Part shown: in pieces, positions 1 to 13,687 of the stretch
Layout of the letters: every line of letters starts with the position of its first letter
How positions within the stretch are numbered: position 1 is the first letter of the stretch
Source: Octopus vulgaris
Taxonomy: Eukaryota
Reading direction: 5' to 3'
Length of the DNA: 64,000 nt
NCBI GenBank assembly: GCA_951406725.2
Contig: OX597824.1
Location: 18,352,001-18,416,000 of the forward strand
Position numbers and translations under genes: made by a program
The notes under the pieces: model-generated
Database searches by the model: none
Told to the model about the DNA's origin: nothing
The model's input: the letters and a program-made list of their open reading frames with translations, nothing else

Positions 1-306
1 TTGCTCGACTAAAGGCGGTGCTCCAGCATGACCGCAGTCAAATGACTGAAACAAGTAGAAGAGTATACATCTTATTTACTTCAGTCGTTAAGACTGCTGC
101 ACTAACCTCAAGAACCTCGGTCAAACGAATCAAGGCTCAATACTTCTTCTTTAAGCTTGGTGCTTATTTCTTATTTCATCGGCCTCTTTTGCTGAATCGC
201 TAAGTTACGGAGAAGCAAACATACCAGCGGAAAACACAGGCACAAAACCACATACACGCGTGTGCACACACATACACACTCATGTATTTATATGGCAGAA
301 ACGGAA

Positions 307-532
307 GGCGGCGAGCTGGCAGAAACGTTAGCGCGCCGGGCGAAATGCGTAGCCGTATTTAGTCTGCTGTTACGTTCTGAGTTCAAATTCCGCCGAGGTC
401 GACTTTACCTTTCATCCTTTCGGGGTCGATAAATTAAGTACCAGTTATGCACTGGGGTTGATATAATCGACGTAATTCGTTTGTCTGTCCTTGTTTGTCC
501 CCTCTATGTTTAGCCCCTTGTAGGTAATAAAG

Positions 533-537
<5 letters not shown>
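307..537 (+). mobile_element. SINE family B (Nin/Deu-domain-like core), monomer
   Basis: Head ggcggcgagctggcagaa, B-box gagttcaaattcc, core cctttcatcctttcggggtcgataaattaagtaccag (recalled Nin/Deu consensus); degraded copies at 7620-8400 and 58400-58505. Confidence 0.85.
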
Positions 538-570
<33 letters not shown>

Positions 571-839
571 GTATGTATGTATACATGCTAGGCGTCTTTC
601 AGTTTCTACCCACGAGATTTTGGTCGACCCGAGGGCGTAATAGAAGTCATTATTGATTTTTAAGTTTCGACACTTATATCAAACCTTGGGTGAGCATTCT
701 ATTGTATTTATTGCAACGATGGCTGAATTCGCTAAAACTTCGAAGTCAGTGTCAACTCTTCTCTCCAAAAGTACGGAGTAACGCCTCAAATTAATGTAAG
801 ATTGTTTTTATAACAAAGCATGAAAAAACATTAACACGT

Positions 840-872
<33 letters not shown>

Positions 873-1052
873 CACACAAATATATATATGTGTGTGTGTG
901 TGTAGATACACGCACGGTCATACAATCGAACGGCTTGCTCCTTTTATTTTCTGTCAAACAAATTCCGTTTAAAAGGTGTTGCTGGAAAAAGATGCATCTC
1001 GAAATGAACAGGACCAGTATTGTCTTTTATGGGATGAGTATGTCTAACTCTT

Positions 1053-1362
1053 GTGGAGGCACAAGGCCTAGTAGTTAGAGCAGCGGACTCGCAATCGAGG
1101 AATCGTGGGTTCGAATATCAGACCGGGCGATGTGAGTGTTTATGAGCGAAATACCTAAGTTCCACGCGGCTCTGCAGAAAGTAATGACGAACGTCTGCTG
1201 ACTCTTTCGCCACAACTTTCTCTCACTCTTTCCTCCTGCATCTTGCAGCTCACCTACGGCGGACTGGCGTCCCGTCTAGGTGAGGAACCTATACGCCAAG
1301 GAAACCGGGAAACCGGCCCTTATGAGCTAGGCGTGGATCCAGAAAGAACAAAAAGCAACAAC
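1053..1362 (+). mobile_element. SINE family D (tRNA head; shares 3' core with family C)
   Basis: TSD t(g/a)tctaactctt at 1041-1052 / 1365-1376; partial copy at 34762-35000(-). Confidence 0.85.
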
Positions 1363-1579
1363 AATATCTAACTCTTAGAGTATTGTGCTAGTTTCCCCAC
1401 TTCTGTTACGACTAAAGAACGCGTTTCATTCCCAAAAATGTCTCACAGATTCATTTTCATCTTAATGTCTTGGGGAATTGGCATACCCGCCACCAGAATA
1501 ACCCCTTTTTTTTGTTCTGAGCCCTAATCTGACGTGGCTGGTAATATTTCCAATTTAAATCTGTCATGCGTGTACACAT

Positions 1580-1925
1580 GCTTAAAGTCTTCCGGACAAT
1601 GCTGTCGCCGGAAATTACAACCATGGCATTCTACGAGGGACTAGTGGCGAGCAAAAGTGACGAAGTTCTCAGAAAGAATTTGGGTGTAGATGGAAATCAA
1701 CCAACAATTCTGGTCCGGTGGGCTTTCCGTCCTGAGCTGAATCTTCGACATCACTTCCAGAAACCTCAGGCCTGGCAATGCTCCCTGGTGCCATTGCCAG
1801 CATGGAATTAGCTCTACAGGCAAGCTCTACAGCCGCACATGCCTGAGACGTGAACTGAGTAAGGAAACCTATTTCTTTACTACCCACAAGGGGCTAAACA
1901 CAGAGACAAACAAGGACAGACAGAC

Positions 1926-2001
<76 letters not shown>

Positions 2002-2975
2002 CGCTGGGTCTTGCATTGAAGGAAAGGTTATGTAGATTACTCTCATGTTCAACTCTTGCCGTTTATTATCTGTTTCTTTATTACCCACAAGGGGCTAAAC
2101 ATAGAGGGGGACAAACAAGGACAGACAAACGTATTAAGTCGTTTATATCGACCCCAGTGCGTAACTGGTACTTATTTAATCGACCCTGAAAGGATGAAAG
2201 GCAAAGTCGACCTCGGCGGAATTTGAACTCAGAACGTAACGGCAGACGAAATACGGCTACGCATTTCGTCCGGCGCGCTAACGTTTCTGCCAGCTCGACG
2301 CCTGAGTAAGGAAACCGCCTTCCTCGCCCCGGTCTAGGAACCAAGCATTGTTATCTTGTGGAGTTATGTGGTTATTGGCCAACTCCGTCGTGAAGATTGC
2401 CCAGCTAAACTTCTTCGGTCGAGGAGGGTACGTAGTTTTCATCTGCATTTTCGTTGTGGTAAAAGAGAGTGTGATTGTGGCAAAGGAAACTGAAAGGAAG
2501 GAAGACAGACGCTTTCCACTTCAGACCAGTCTCCATCCAATTTCTGAAGATCTATACTTTTTACTCTTTACTCTTTTACTTGTTTCAGTCATTTGACTGC
2601 GGCCATGCTGGAGCACCGCCTTTAGTCGAGCAAATCGACCCCGGGACTTATTCTTTGTAAGCCCAGTACTTATTCTATCGGTCTCTTTTTGCCGAACCGC
2701 TAGGTTACGGGGACGTAAACACACCAGCATTGGTTGTCTAGCAATGCTAGAGGGACAAACACAGACACACAAACATATACACAGACACTTATATATATAT
2801 ATACATATATACGACAGGCTTCTTTCAGTTTCCGTCTACCAAATCCACTCACAAGGCATTGGTCGGCTCCTGCGTCTATACAGTAAAAAAAAAAAAAAAA
2901 AAATTGTGAGGATGGCCACGGAGGTGCTTTCATCCAGTAAACTTATTGAAAGATGAATGAATATGGTTATGTTAA
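1580..2975 (+). pseudogene. Decayed C-terminal fragment of a Tx1-like ORF2, split into three pieces by two SINE insertions
   Basis: TTMAFYEGLVASKSDEVLRKNLGVD matches TTKAFYRGLVEGRYDDDLGANLGVD of the 40628-43039 ORF; WQRKLKGRKTDAF matches WRTRLKGLKTNTF; KKIVRMATEVLSS matches KRKVRVERQVLSS. Confidence 0.8.
1870..2302 (-). mobile_element. SINE family B with duplicated tail and (GATA)n; 14-bp TSD
   Basis: TSD tgagtaaggaaacc at 1856-1869 and 2303-2316. Confidence 0.88.
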
Positions 2976-2979
2976 GTTA

Positions 2980-3320
2980 ATTTTTTGGCTCAAAAAGCAA
3001 AAAGCAAGGCCATGTAGGGGGACATGGATTTATGTACAGGGTGGTGTTCATGCAAAGAGTTCAGGCCATTTCTGGTCAAGAGAGACTTTGAACCGAGCGG
3101 TCGTCGGCATCTTCACTATCTCGTCCGGCAGTTTATTCCACGGATCCGCAACCCGGACGGAGAAAGCCCCTCTCCTTCGATTGAGATGAAATCGTCGCAG
3201 ATAGAGCTTTTCGGAGTGACCCCGCAGCCGACGCTCTGGAGCGGGAGTGAAGAACAGCTTTTTCGAGAGGTTACACTTTCCGCTTATGATGTTGCGAGCA
3301 AGAATGAGATCACCACGGCG
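2980..3320 (-). mobile_element. 3' end of a CR1-like LINE (ORF2 C-terminus + short 3' UTR)
   Basis: Hand translation 3320 to 3048: RRGDLILARNIISGK...RRLRGHSEKLYLRRFHLNRRRGAFSVRVADPWNKLPDEIV...FKVSLDQKWPELFA*, a typical CR1 C-terminal pattern. Confidence 0.8.
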
Positions 3321-3714
3321 AGAATGGTCCGAGTGAAAGGGTCAATACGGAGCTTGTGCTTGTAGGATTGAGTAAATAGGTGAAGGAGAAAAGCCTCCAT
3401 GAAGTGGTTTTAGCAATTGGGGATATCTGACATTGTTGGAGTTCTTTGATTGCCCCGGCGTGGTACTCCGACTATTGGGGAATTTTGTTCTTAACCAGGT
3501 TTTTCATAACTATTATCGTTTTGTTATATATACTTGTGTATGGAAACCGCTGCTCCCATTTATCTTTGTATTGGCCTAATTGTTTTTTTTTTATATACGA
3601 GCGTATGTTTGTATGTGTGCATATGTGTATATATGCGTCTGTTTGTCTGAATGTGTCTGTGTGCGCACCCGTGTATGTGTATGTGTATATCCACGCGTAC
3701 GCGAGTGTGTGTGC

Positions 3715-4198
3715 GTGTGTGTGCTTGCGTGTATATGTGTGTATGTATGTGTGCACGTGTGTGTGTGTACTTGCGTGTATATGTGTGTATGCATGTGTGC
3801 ATGTGCGTGCATGCATGTGTGTGTGTGTACTTGCGTGTATATGTGTGTATGTATGTGTGCATGTGCGTGCATGTGTGTGTGTGTGTGTGTATGCGTGTAT
3901 ATGTGTGTATGTATGAGTGCATGTGCGTGCATGTGTGTGTGTGTGTACTTGCATGTATATGTGTGTATGTATGTGTGCATGTGCGTGCATGTGTGTGTGT
4001 GTACTTGCGTGTATATATGTGTATGTATGTGTGCATGTGCGTGCATGTGTGTGTGTGTGTACTTGCATGTATATGTGTGCATGTATGTGTGCATGTGCGT
4101 GTATGTGTGTGTACTTGCATGTATATGTGTGTATGTATGTGTGCATTGCGTGTATGTGTGTGTGTGTACTTGCGTGTATATGTGTGTATGTATGAGTG

Positions 4199-4243
<45 letters not shown>
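3715..4243. repeat. Minisatellite with an about 56-60-bp unit built from TG/TA microsatellite words, ending in (TG)n
   Basis: Recurring gtacttgcgtgtatatgtgtgtatgtatgtgtgcatgtgcgtgcatgtgtgt, about 8-9 copies. Confidence 0.9.
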
Positions 4244-4246
<3 letters not shown>

Positions 4247-4976
4247 TCCAGTGTCGAAACATATTGTCGCCTAAAGAGGGTCAGTATCCAGTCAACAGCC
4301 TGAAGACAGCCGCGCTCAATCGTCTTCAATAGTTTGGGGTAACCTTCCTTTGGGCGCCGTCAGGAACATCTGCTTTCCTATCGAAAAGTACTGCCCTAGA
4401 TGTTAGGCCATAACTCTGTTGAGGGTTACATCTTGGATCTGTGGAGAGCTAACTGTTGTTTCTTTTGTTTCTTTCAGTCATTTGACTGCGGCCATGCTGG
4501 AGCATAGTCTTTAGTCGAGCAAATCTACACCAAGACTTAGTCTTTGTACGCCTAGTAGTTATTTTATCGGTCTCTCTTGCCGAACCGTTAAGTGACGGGG
4601 ACGTAAACACGCAAGCATCGGTTGTCAAGCGATGTTGGGGAGGGGTACAAACACAGACACACAAACACACACACAAACACGCACACCTATATATATATAT
4701 ATACATACATATATACGACGGGCTTCTTTCAGTTTCCGTCTACCATATCCACACGCAAGGCTTTGGTCGGCCCGAGGCTATAGTAGAAGACACTTGCCCA
4801 AGGTGCCACGCAGTGAGACTGAATCCGGAACCATGTGGTTGGTAAGCAAGCTACATGCCACACAGCCACAAAACATTTTTGCGAACAAAAAATTATTTTC
4901 TGAATCTGAAGAGTATTTGTGTGCACATGACATTTCCACTAATACTGCAACAATGCATTTATATGCATGTGTGTGC

Positions 4977-5010
<34 letters not shown>

Positions 5011-5385
5011 TGCGGTATGTCAGAGACTCTGTATCTTGAACCAAAAAACCCTTGTGGTATTTCTTTTAGTTTTAGTTAGTTTCTGATGCACTTATTTGAT
5101 TTATCAGATACACCGTCCTCGGATGGGGATCAACTTGGAATTAACCTGGTCTGGTCGATGTAATAGAATAATAAAAATTCAACTTGTGTACCATTATGAA
5201 CGCCGTTCAGTGAGAAAATACCAGTACAATAATAAACACATGCACACACGCACGCACACACGTACGCACGCAAACACACACGCAACACACACACATACCT
5301 ATGTGCATGTCTGCGTGTGTGCGAGTGTAAATTAGCAGATATACATATATATATGCATACACACACACACACACACACACACGCG

Positions 5386-5448
<63 letters not shown>

Positions 5449-5570
5449 ATATATATGCATATATAAATATGCATATATATATATACATATGCATATATAT
5501 ATACTTATATATATATACATACACATACATATATACATACACACACATATATATGTATATAGAAATTTAT

Positions 5571-5623
<53 letters not shown>

Positions 5624-5874
5624 AAATATTGAATTTCTAAATCTCTCGTAGAGAGATGTACGGTGGTGGAGCGATAGTATGGTTGTATACTGTCAATCTA
5701 ACAAGAATGTGACAGTATGGGGTACACCACCGTTGTATAGCCCTAGGAGGCATCGAACGCCTCCTGACAGCTTCGACACATTTTTTCCCTGTGTCCTTAT
5801 ATACATATACGAAGGGGAGACAAATACCCCCAACCGCCGGAACTGCATCTAGGGACACCGTGTTTCAGGATCAT

Positions 5875-6011
<137 letters not shown>

Positions 6012-6519
6012 ACAGATAGACAGATAGATGCATAAAATTATTCAGTAGGAATTATAACCCAATTTTGGATCGTTTCAACTGAAAGAATTAATAGCTTTGT
6101 AAAGTTTTTTGAGATCGTTTACACAATCGCAGTGTTAAAATGATTTATATACAGATAAACACACACATACACACACACGCACACACACAGACACACACAC
6201 ACACGCACACACACACCAATATATATGAATGACGACGGATTTTATCAGGAGATATTCCTCCATACGTAAACCTCAATAATTTTTGCCTCCGTCCCTCGCC
6301 AGTCACCTCTCTGGCTTCCATCCTCCCCCTCACTCCCATTTTTCTCTCTACTTTCACTTTCACTTTCTCTATCTGTATTCCACTGTTCCTCCAGTTTTAT
6401 TCTTTCGTGTTTGATGTCAGCGGTTTAGAAATAAAAGCCGATACATTAAACATAAAGTGTCATTTAAAATGGAAATAGTATGAATGTAGTAATAAACTGT
6501 CCATAATTTTCAGCCATAT

Positions 6520-6674
6520 TGTAGAGGGAATGAGAGAGAGAGGGGGAGGGATAGAGAGGGAGAGGGGGAGAGAGATAGAGAGAGGGAAAGAGATAGAGAA
6601 AGAGAGATAGAGATAGAGAGAGGGAGAGAGATAGAGAGCAAGAGAGAGATAGAGAGAGAGAAGGAGAGAGAGAG

Positions 6675-6705
<31 letters not shown>

Positions 6706-6872
6706 TAGAGAGAGAGAAGGAGAGAGATAGAGAGCGAGAGAGAGGGAGGGAGATAGAGATAAAGAGATAAGGAGAGACATAGAGAGAAAGAGGGAGAGAG
6801 ATAGAGAACGAGAGAGAGCGAGAGAGAGAGACAGAGAGAGAGAGAGAAAGAGGGAGAGCGAGATAGAGAGAA
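6520..6872. repeat. (GA)n/(GATA) polypurine tract
   Basis: Direct reading. Confidence 0.9.
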
Positions 6873-7280
6873 GGTGATTGATCTAAGCAACATGCTATTT
6901 CGATATTTATCGATTGGATAAACGTTACTCTCGCTTTCATTAATGTTTCAGTTTTTGCTCTTGTTCTAGTTTTTTTTTTTTTTGCTAATTTTTTCTATAT
7001 TTTTCGTTTTTGTTTTAATTTCATTTTCGTCATTGCTGTTGTCGTTTCCATTTTCTGCTCAAGTCTGTTGTTACATTCATTCTTGTTACCAAAGACAAAT
7101 ATACAACCATAAAACCAGAATAAAGAAAATAGATTCTAAATTATGATAGATTTTATCATTAAAGATCCAGAGGGAGTATTTTTTAAAAGAGATGGATACA
7201 TTACCCGAATAAGTTGATGCCATACATTTCAACTGTCCCGGAAGAATATAGTTACGAAGTTATGTAGAGATTATAACATA

Positions 7281-7542
7281 ATAAAAAATAAATGCGCCCT
7301 TTTTTAAAGCCTAGCCAGGCTCATGTGCCCGGTTCTCGGTTTCTGTGGCGTAAGTGTTCCCCAGCTGGACGGGTCGCCAGTCCATCGCAGCGTTACTCAT
7401 TTTTGCCAGCTGAGTGAACTGGAGCAACGTGAAATGAAGTGTTTTGCTCAAAAACACAACGCGTCGCCCGGTCCAGGAATCGAAACCACAATATTACGAT
7501 CATGATGCTGACACCCTAACCGCTAAGCCACGCGCCTCCACA
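7281..7542 (-). mobile_element. SINE family C
   Basis: Reverse complement of 10297-10554; TSD attataacata at 7270-7280 / 7546-7556. Confidence 0.88.
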
Positions 7543-8417
7543 AATATTATAACATAGACGTTCGAAATGCGTTTTCTTTGAGTTAAAGGTATAAAACTTG
7601 AAAACTTATAAAAGGGAATAATTGATTACACCGACTTCAGTCTTCAACAGGTTATTCTTTTATCGACCCCGAAAGGATGACTGGTAAAGTAGACCTCGGT
7701 AGAATTTGAATTTAGAAGTTAAGTTTAGAACGTAATTAATCGGAAGGGATGCCGCAAAACATTTAGTCCGACATTATGACAATTCTTCTACTTGGCTGCC
7801 TTATTCTGTATATTCTTTATACTAGAGGCACAAGGTCTGAAAGTTTGGGGGAGGGGATAGTCAATTATGTTGACCCCAGTGCTCAAATGGTAGCTATTTT
7901 ATCGACCGCGAAAGGACAAAGGGCAAATCAACCACAGCGGCATTTGAGTCCAGAAGACGGACGAAATGCCGCGAAGCATTTTTCCTGGCGAACTAACGAT
8001 TCTGCCAGTCCGCAGCCTTCACTGGCATTTTAAATATCTGAATCTAATTAAGGTGGTGAACAGGTAGAATCGTTTAGAACATCGGGCGAAATACTCACCG
8101 ACATTTCGTTCGTCTTTACGTTCTGAGTTCAAATACCACCAAGGTCGACTTTGCCTTTTATCCTTTCGGATATCGATAAAATAAGCACCAGTTGAACACT
8201 GGGATGAATGTAAACGACTTAGCCCCTCCCCACAAAATTGCTGGTCTTTAGCGAAAGTTCGAAACCAATTTATAATTATAATTGTACAGGGTTTTATTTC
8301 ATTCAATGCCGATTAGAATTTGAACTCAGAACATAAAGACAGACGAAATGCTTCTAAGCATTTCGCCCAGCGTGCTATAATGTTTCTCCCAGATCCCCAC
8401 CTTTTTTGAAATACATA

Positions 8418-8912
8418 TATTCTTTTCTACTCAAGGCACAAGGCCAGAAATTTTGGGGGAGGGGGCCAACCGATTAGATCGACCCCAGTACGCAACTGGT
8501 ACTTAATTTATCGACCCTCAAAGTATAAAAGAGTGGACAAACAAGGCCAGACAAACGGATTAAGTCGATTATATTGATTCCAGTGCATAACTGGTACTTA
8601 ATTTATCGACCCTCAAAAGATGAAAGGCAAATTCGACATCGGCGGAATTTGAACTCAGAACGTAGCGGCAGACGAAATACCTATTTCTTTACTACCCACA
8701 AGGGGCTAAACACAGAGTGGACAAACAAGGACAGACAAACGGATTAAGTCGATTATATCGACCCCAGTGCGTAACTGGTACTTATTTAATCAACCCCGAA
8801 AGGATGAAAGGCAAATTCGACCTCGGCGGAATTCGAACTCAGAACGTAACGGCAGACGAAATACGGCTACGCATTTTGCCCGACATGCTAACGTTTCTGC
8901 CAGCTCGCCGCC
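8418..8912 (-). mobile_element. SINE family B, multimeric
   Basis: Core repeated 2-3 times; final unit ends in the alternative tail (...ggccttgtgcc...agtagaaaagaata). Confidence 0.85.
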
Positions 8913-9447
8913 TTAGTCAAAAAGCAAGACATTTCTGAAGCTCGGATAAGTGATCTATCACCACACTACGTAGATGGTGTTCGATGCACACGGGTGCGTT
9001 TTGGTGCACCCAGATGCAACGAGCAGGGCATTGAATCTAACTCTATGATAAGTTCTAAGCTCTCTGCGGGGACATACTTATCTCTGCACTTCATAATGTT
9101 TTTCTCTCTTTCAAATTAAAATATTTAAAAATTATTTTGTGTTTTTAAAATATTGTGTTATTCTCTGCATATAATTACAAGAAAATTGTTCATGTACTTA
9201 TCATACGTTATGTGATATCTTTATCTGCCCTCTTCTTTTTATATAATTTTTTGTTCTCCATCCCCGCGTGTATATAAACTATAAATCTATATTTTTCTAT
9301 TTTCTATGAATGGTCTCTTGGTGACAAGTAAAGAAATTATTCGTATTGTTATCATCATCACTGCCATCATCATCATCATCATCGTCATCATCATCATCAT
9401 CAGCAGCAGCAGCAGCAGCAATAATATATTTGACGAAACTTAAATTA

Positions 9448-9811
9448 TCTCTATATATAAACGGCAGTTTGTCTGTGCGTGTTTCTGTGTGTCTGTTTGC
9501 TTGTACCCTCACCCTGACCATGGCTTTCAACCGATTCTGATGAAACTTGACACACACATAGCCCAATGTCATAATTCAAAACTAACGCAGCGAAAATTTT
9601 GAGAAGTTCCCCCAGTTCTGAAAAAAATCGATAAATTCGACATGGGGTCGAGAATCAGAAACACAAACCGTCTAGGGGACGCAACTCCACCTTTTTTTAC
9701 TCTCAAAAAAAATTTACCATCATTTTTTTCCATTTTTTGGCTATAACTCTCTAAAAATGCTTTATAGTTATTTCCCTTACAAACCTGAGCAACGCCGGGT
9801 GATACTGCTAG
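9448..9811 (+). mobile_element. Non-autonomous Helitron (364 bp)
   Basis: A|TC 5' end at 9447/9448, CTAG|T 3' end at 9808-9812, GC-rich subterminal hairpin 9783-9800, no TSD. Confidence 0.8.
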
Positions 9812-9877
9812 TACAGAATAAAAATGAAGCCTACACACACTTGTTTGTCACCATAAATAACTACACAAAAGAAGTAT

Positions 9878-10136
9878 CAGCACTTTTTTCTAGATCGATC
9901 ATTTATTACAACAGATTCAGATGAATTCGTCTTACACACAACAGTAGCTGTTGGACACAGCCCCAATGTAGAATGGTCACTGCACTTTACAAGGTGGACA
10001 AATACACGAAAATAGCAACAGCACTTTTCTAGTTCGATCGGTTATCATAACAGATTAAGATGATAGCTGAATTCGTCTTAGACTGTTGGATACAACCCCT
10101 GTGTAGGATGGTCACAGCACTTTACAAGGTGGACAA
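9878..10136. repeat. Diverged tandem duplication (about 120-140-bp unit, 2 copies)
   Basis: cagcactttt..ctag.tcgatc...gaattcgtctta...gcactttacaaggtggacaa occurs twice. Confidence 0.85.
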
Positions 10137-10296
10137 CGCTGTCAACAGAAAAGCAACACTTGGGCACAATTTCCTCGCGCCTGTTGCGTCAGCCTCCGAA
10201 GCAGAGTATGTGATGGTGGACTTTTGGGTTCGCACGCCTATAATAATAATAATAATAATAATAATACTAATAATATCTATTCTTATTTAATGAGTA

Positions 10297-10554
10297 GTGG
10301 AGGCGCGTGGCTTAGTGTTTAGGGTGTCAGCATCATGATCGTAAAATTGTAGTTTCGATTCCTGGACCAGGCGTCGCGTTGTGTTCTTGAGCAAAACACT
10401 TCACTTCACGTTGCTCCAGTCCACTCAGCTGGCAAAAATGAGTAACGCTGCGATGGACTGGCGCCCCGTCCAGTTGGGGAACAGATACGCCACAGAAACC
10501 GGGAAACCGGGGCCAAGAGCCTGGCTAGGCTTTAAAAGGGCGCATTTATTTATT
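10297..10554 (+). mobile_element. SINE family C (tRNA head, Meta/V-domain-like core)
   Basis: A-box tggcttagtg, B-box gtttcgattcc, core gcgatggactggcg.cccgtccag...gaaaccgggaaaccgg; 20-bp TSD at 10278-10297 / 10555-10574 (1 mismatch). Confidence 0.88.
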
Positions 10555-10697
10555 TATTCTTATTTAATCAGTAGCATTCCTTTTTTACAAGCTACTCAGT
10601 GCTACCGATAGCAACTCTATATTCTTGGTTTATGCAGAGTTTGGTTACGTTTGCATATTTAGAAAATGTCTATAGAATGTGTGTGAGTGAGAGAGTG

Positions 10698-10731
<34 letters not shown>

Positions 10732-10822
10732 AGTGTGTAACATGCCTACTATATAACTCGATTCGAAACTCTTAAATGATCCTCAAATTTCACATAATTA
10801 GGTATATATACATACAAACCTG

Positions 10823-10867
<45 letters not shown>

Positions 10868-10876
10868 GTATATAGA

Positions 10877-10908
<32 letters not shown>

Positions 10909-11528
10909 TACAAACATACATACATACATGCATACATACATACATACATACATACATGTATGCATACATACATACATGCATACATACATACATACATACA
11001 TGCATACATACATGCATACATACATGCATGCATGCATACATACATACATATATACATATATACATACATACATACATACATACAAACATACATACATGGA
11101 TGGATGGATAGAGAGACAGACAGACAGACAGACAAAACGGTAGGTAGATAGACACATAGAGAGATTGCCTGGTAGCTGTATTTTCTGTATTTTGTACTCA
11201 ATTTAAGTTCTTTGATCTGAGCTATATATTTTTCTGTGTGTTTTTTCAATAAGTTCCAAGTCACCACTGTTGATACAGATTGCTTCTATTCTCAGTCTGT
11301 AGTCTGCGGTAATCTCTCTTTTAAACTTATAAACTAGTGCCAAAGTTGTTCTACCAGTAGAATAACGTGTCTAATAAAATCAACTATTCTTTACCGCCAA
11401 AAGTTATAGTTTTCAGTTTAGTTAATTTTCTTATCAATTATTGCCTACTTTGATTTTGTCACATGGGTTACAAATATACATACATACATACATACATACA
11501 TACATACGTACGTACGTACGTACATACA

Positions 11529-11568
<40 letters not shown>

Positions 11569-11635
11569 TAATACGGTAAGATAACAAAAGAAAGAATAAT
11601 GTAACATATTATTTTATATATATATATATATATAA

Positions 11636-11670
<35 letters not shown>

Positions 11671-12781
11671 TGTATGTATGTATGTATGTATGTATGTATA
11701 TTGTTAACTAGAAAACTAGATACAGTAAGAACAATCTAAGTACCTTCCGTTCCCACCGCACTCCATGCCACGCCAAATATGGGAAATGAAGAGGAGATAT
11801 CCAAAATTTTTATTATTTCTAAGATTGAAGTGAAAAAGAAATGAATATATTTCGTATTGTGCTTGCAATAAAACTTGATAATTTGTATGTTTATAAACGA
11901 AGCGAAAATGACAGGGAGGGGGTATCCGTTGATAGAAACGGCGAAATAACAAAATATAATGTAAATATAGTGACAATATTATAAAATCGGGAACACAGTG
12001 AAGATAAGAATGGGTGTATAGATGAGTGTGTGGGTGTATGTGTGTTTGAGTGAGAGAGAGTGTGTGTGTTTGTAATTGCATTTGTGCGTGTGATTCTTGC
12101 CATGTGTTTGTTGCGTACGTATCTGTAAGTCTGTGTGTTTGAGTGCTTTGTTATACGTTTATAATTATGTGTCTGTATGTGTGTTCGTAGGGACTCGATG
12201 TGCCTATCTTCACAATCAATATAATAAAGAATTAATAGGTGCTGCGATAGGATAAAATACCTTAGATGATAGGAACCAGGATTTGAAATAAAATAGTTTC
12301 CCCTTTCTTCTTCAATTTCAATTGTCACTGGTGGAGTTTTTGAACAAATAAAATTTAAGAAAACGAATATAAAACCCCTAGAATTAGATAGAAATAAAAC
12401 ATCATCGTCTGGTTTAACAATCGGTCGGAATCGTAAGCGTATGATGGTGTAGGGGTTTATGGAAAGATATGGAAACTGCAGTTCATCTATAGCTCTTACA
12501 TTTGGGTCCATTCCACATCAAAATTTCCCCTGAAGTGATTTTATAATCGTTAAAAATGAACACAAAGGATAAATAACAAAATGATATCGAATTATTTGAC
12601 ATTTTGCTTTCATGGATTTTCATCGTTTCTCTTGGAATAAAATAAAAGGACGGGGGTAGATCGGGGAAATATTTCTTTCAATTTTAAATATGTATAAACA
12701 TGAATATTCAGGGAACGTTCAATGAACGCACGCATACAATCATAGAAATATACGTACATACCCACGTGCATATTTATATAC

Positions 12782-12850
<69 letters not shown>

Positions 12851-13106
12851 CATACATACACACACACACGAAAACGGACAGAAAATTATAATGACGGTGA
12901 TGCGAAGTGAAAAAGGGATTATTTCAAATATAGATTAATTGGTAGATAGCGGCATGTAGATGTGCGTGTCTCACGACGTATGTATGGGCATGCGTTACAT
13001 ATAATAATAATGCTCATACGCACGCAGATGTGTGTGTGTGTGTGTGTGTGTGTATGTATGAGATCGTGTGTTCGTGTGCGTCTGTGTATGTGTTTATGCT
13101 TGTGTG

Positions 13107-13143
<37 letters not shown>

Positions 13144-13647
13144 AGATATTAGGTGATGTATAGCTGAGCTGTTAAAAATTTCCTATCGTAACTACAAGTT
13201 GCCTGGTTCGAACCCAGTATGTGGCATCTTGGACATGCGTTCCTTTCTAAAGCCCCGTAACGACCGATTCCTTGAGAGAGTAATTGCAGAATAATTTACG
13301 CAAACTCTTCCCTCCTTTGATGGCAAGATTTATACAGCTTTTGTTCCCTAACGATGAAATTATGCTTAATTTCACATTCTACATGAGCATTCTTTTATTC
13401 TTCTCAAATACTCAAGTTATAGAGGAAATAATATTCTATGAATATTTTTAATAAATTTTTAAAAAGTTTTTTAATCTATTCTATTTTATTTAAGAAGTTT
13501 GAGAAATTTTCCAGTCATTTTATATTTCCATGACTGTGTGTGTGTGTTTTTTTGTGTGTTTTCGTGAGTGTATATGTAAGCATAAGTCTTGCATAAACAT
13601 ATACAGATATGGAGATATGTTTTATGTAAAAGTAAACAGTGTGTTTG

Positions 13648-13683
<36 letters not shown>

Positions 13684-13687
<4 letters not shown>

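Noticed and set aside
3446-4332. Long ORFs of 150-285 aa rich in H/T/Y/C/V
   Set aside because: Translations of the TG/TA minisatellite; open in several frames on both strands
4245-4450. Possible LINE RT remnant (also 18300-18740)
   Set aside because: Too degenerate to assign motifs by eye
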